From positions 106,888,001 through 106,952,000 of the forward strand of contig OZ336871.1 in NCBI GenBank assembly GCA_965287045.1: 64,000 nt of DNA, given 5' to 3'. Shown piece by piece: positions 63,563-64,000 of this stretch. Each line of letters opens with the position of its first letter. Within the stretch, counting starts at the first letter, position 1. This DNA is from Carcharhinus amblyrhynchos. Taxonomy: Eukaryota. The translations under genes were made by a program, and so were the position numbers. The notes beneath the pieces are model-generated. The model searched no databases. It was given only the letters and a program-made list of their open reading frames with translations, and was not told where the DNA came from.

Positions 63563-64000
63563 TTAAATTCCCGATACCCAATCTCAATGCTGAACTCCAA
63601 ATCTACATTAAGCTGTTCATTGTGGTTCTCGTCCAATTATTTTATCAATGTTAAAAAAAAGGGTTATAGGTCAATGCTTGCTGATAGTTTATGTAGCCTA
63701 ATAGACTAACCAAGAAGGAGGTTACCATTAGAATAATGAAGCAGTGTTTTTGCACTTAACCTCCTCTCTGTGACAAAACCCCATCTTCTCCAATACGGCT
63801 ACATCATTCAATCCTCCTCCAGCATGTAGCTGCCTGTTATGATAGATACTGTGCCCTGTTATGTGCCTTCTCCTGTCGCACTAAGAGATAACAGACACCG
63901 TGGGTGTGAAAGCTCTTCTGCGCTAATCATTTCTGACAATGCCTTGGTAATAATTGATCTCTTACATTTTTTCAGCTAACTGGTCCCTGTTCTGAGTTGT

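Overview
Vertebrate genomic DNA, almost certainly from a shark/elasmobranch (HE1-type V-SINEs and HER1/CR1 LINEs throughout); no prokaryotic features. The only host gene I can support is the 5' end of ADAM22 on the + strand: a GA/CpG-rich promoter (~12.95-13.4 kb) and three coding exons (13418-13505, 13783-13994, 14355-14431) that splice in frame. No exon 4 was found, so the remaining ~49.5 kb appears to be intron 3. Upstream lies a decayed Gmr1-type Gypsy retrotransposon (integrase before RT) carrying nested insertions. The rest is dense repeats: CR1 (three young copies), L2, RTE and Rex1/Babar fragments, solo LTRs, Gypsy gag relics, about 22 V-SINEs with three different tails, and TIR elements, several with 3-bp TSDs. 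Most notable: two families of Penelope-type elements with minimal hammerhead-ribozyme cores, a V-SINE subfamily whose tail resembles Rex1/Babar instead of CR1, a head-to-head CR1/SINE double insertion, and a decayed intronless reading frame resembling an R3HCC1-type RRM followed by a MIF4G-like segment. Repeat boundaries were read by eye and are approximate; family names come from recalled motifs, not database searches.
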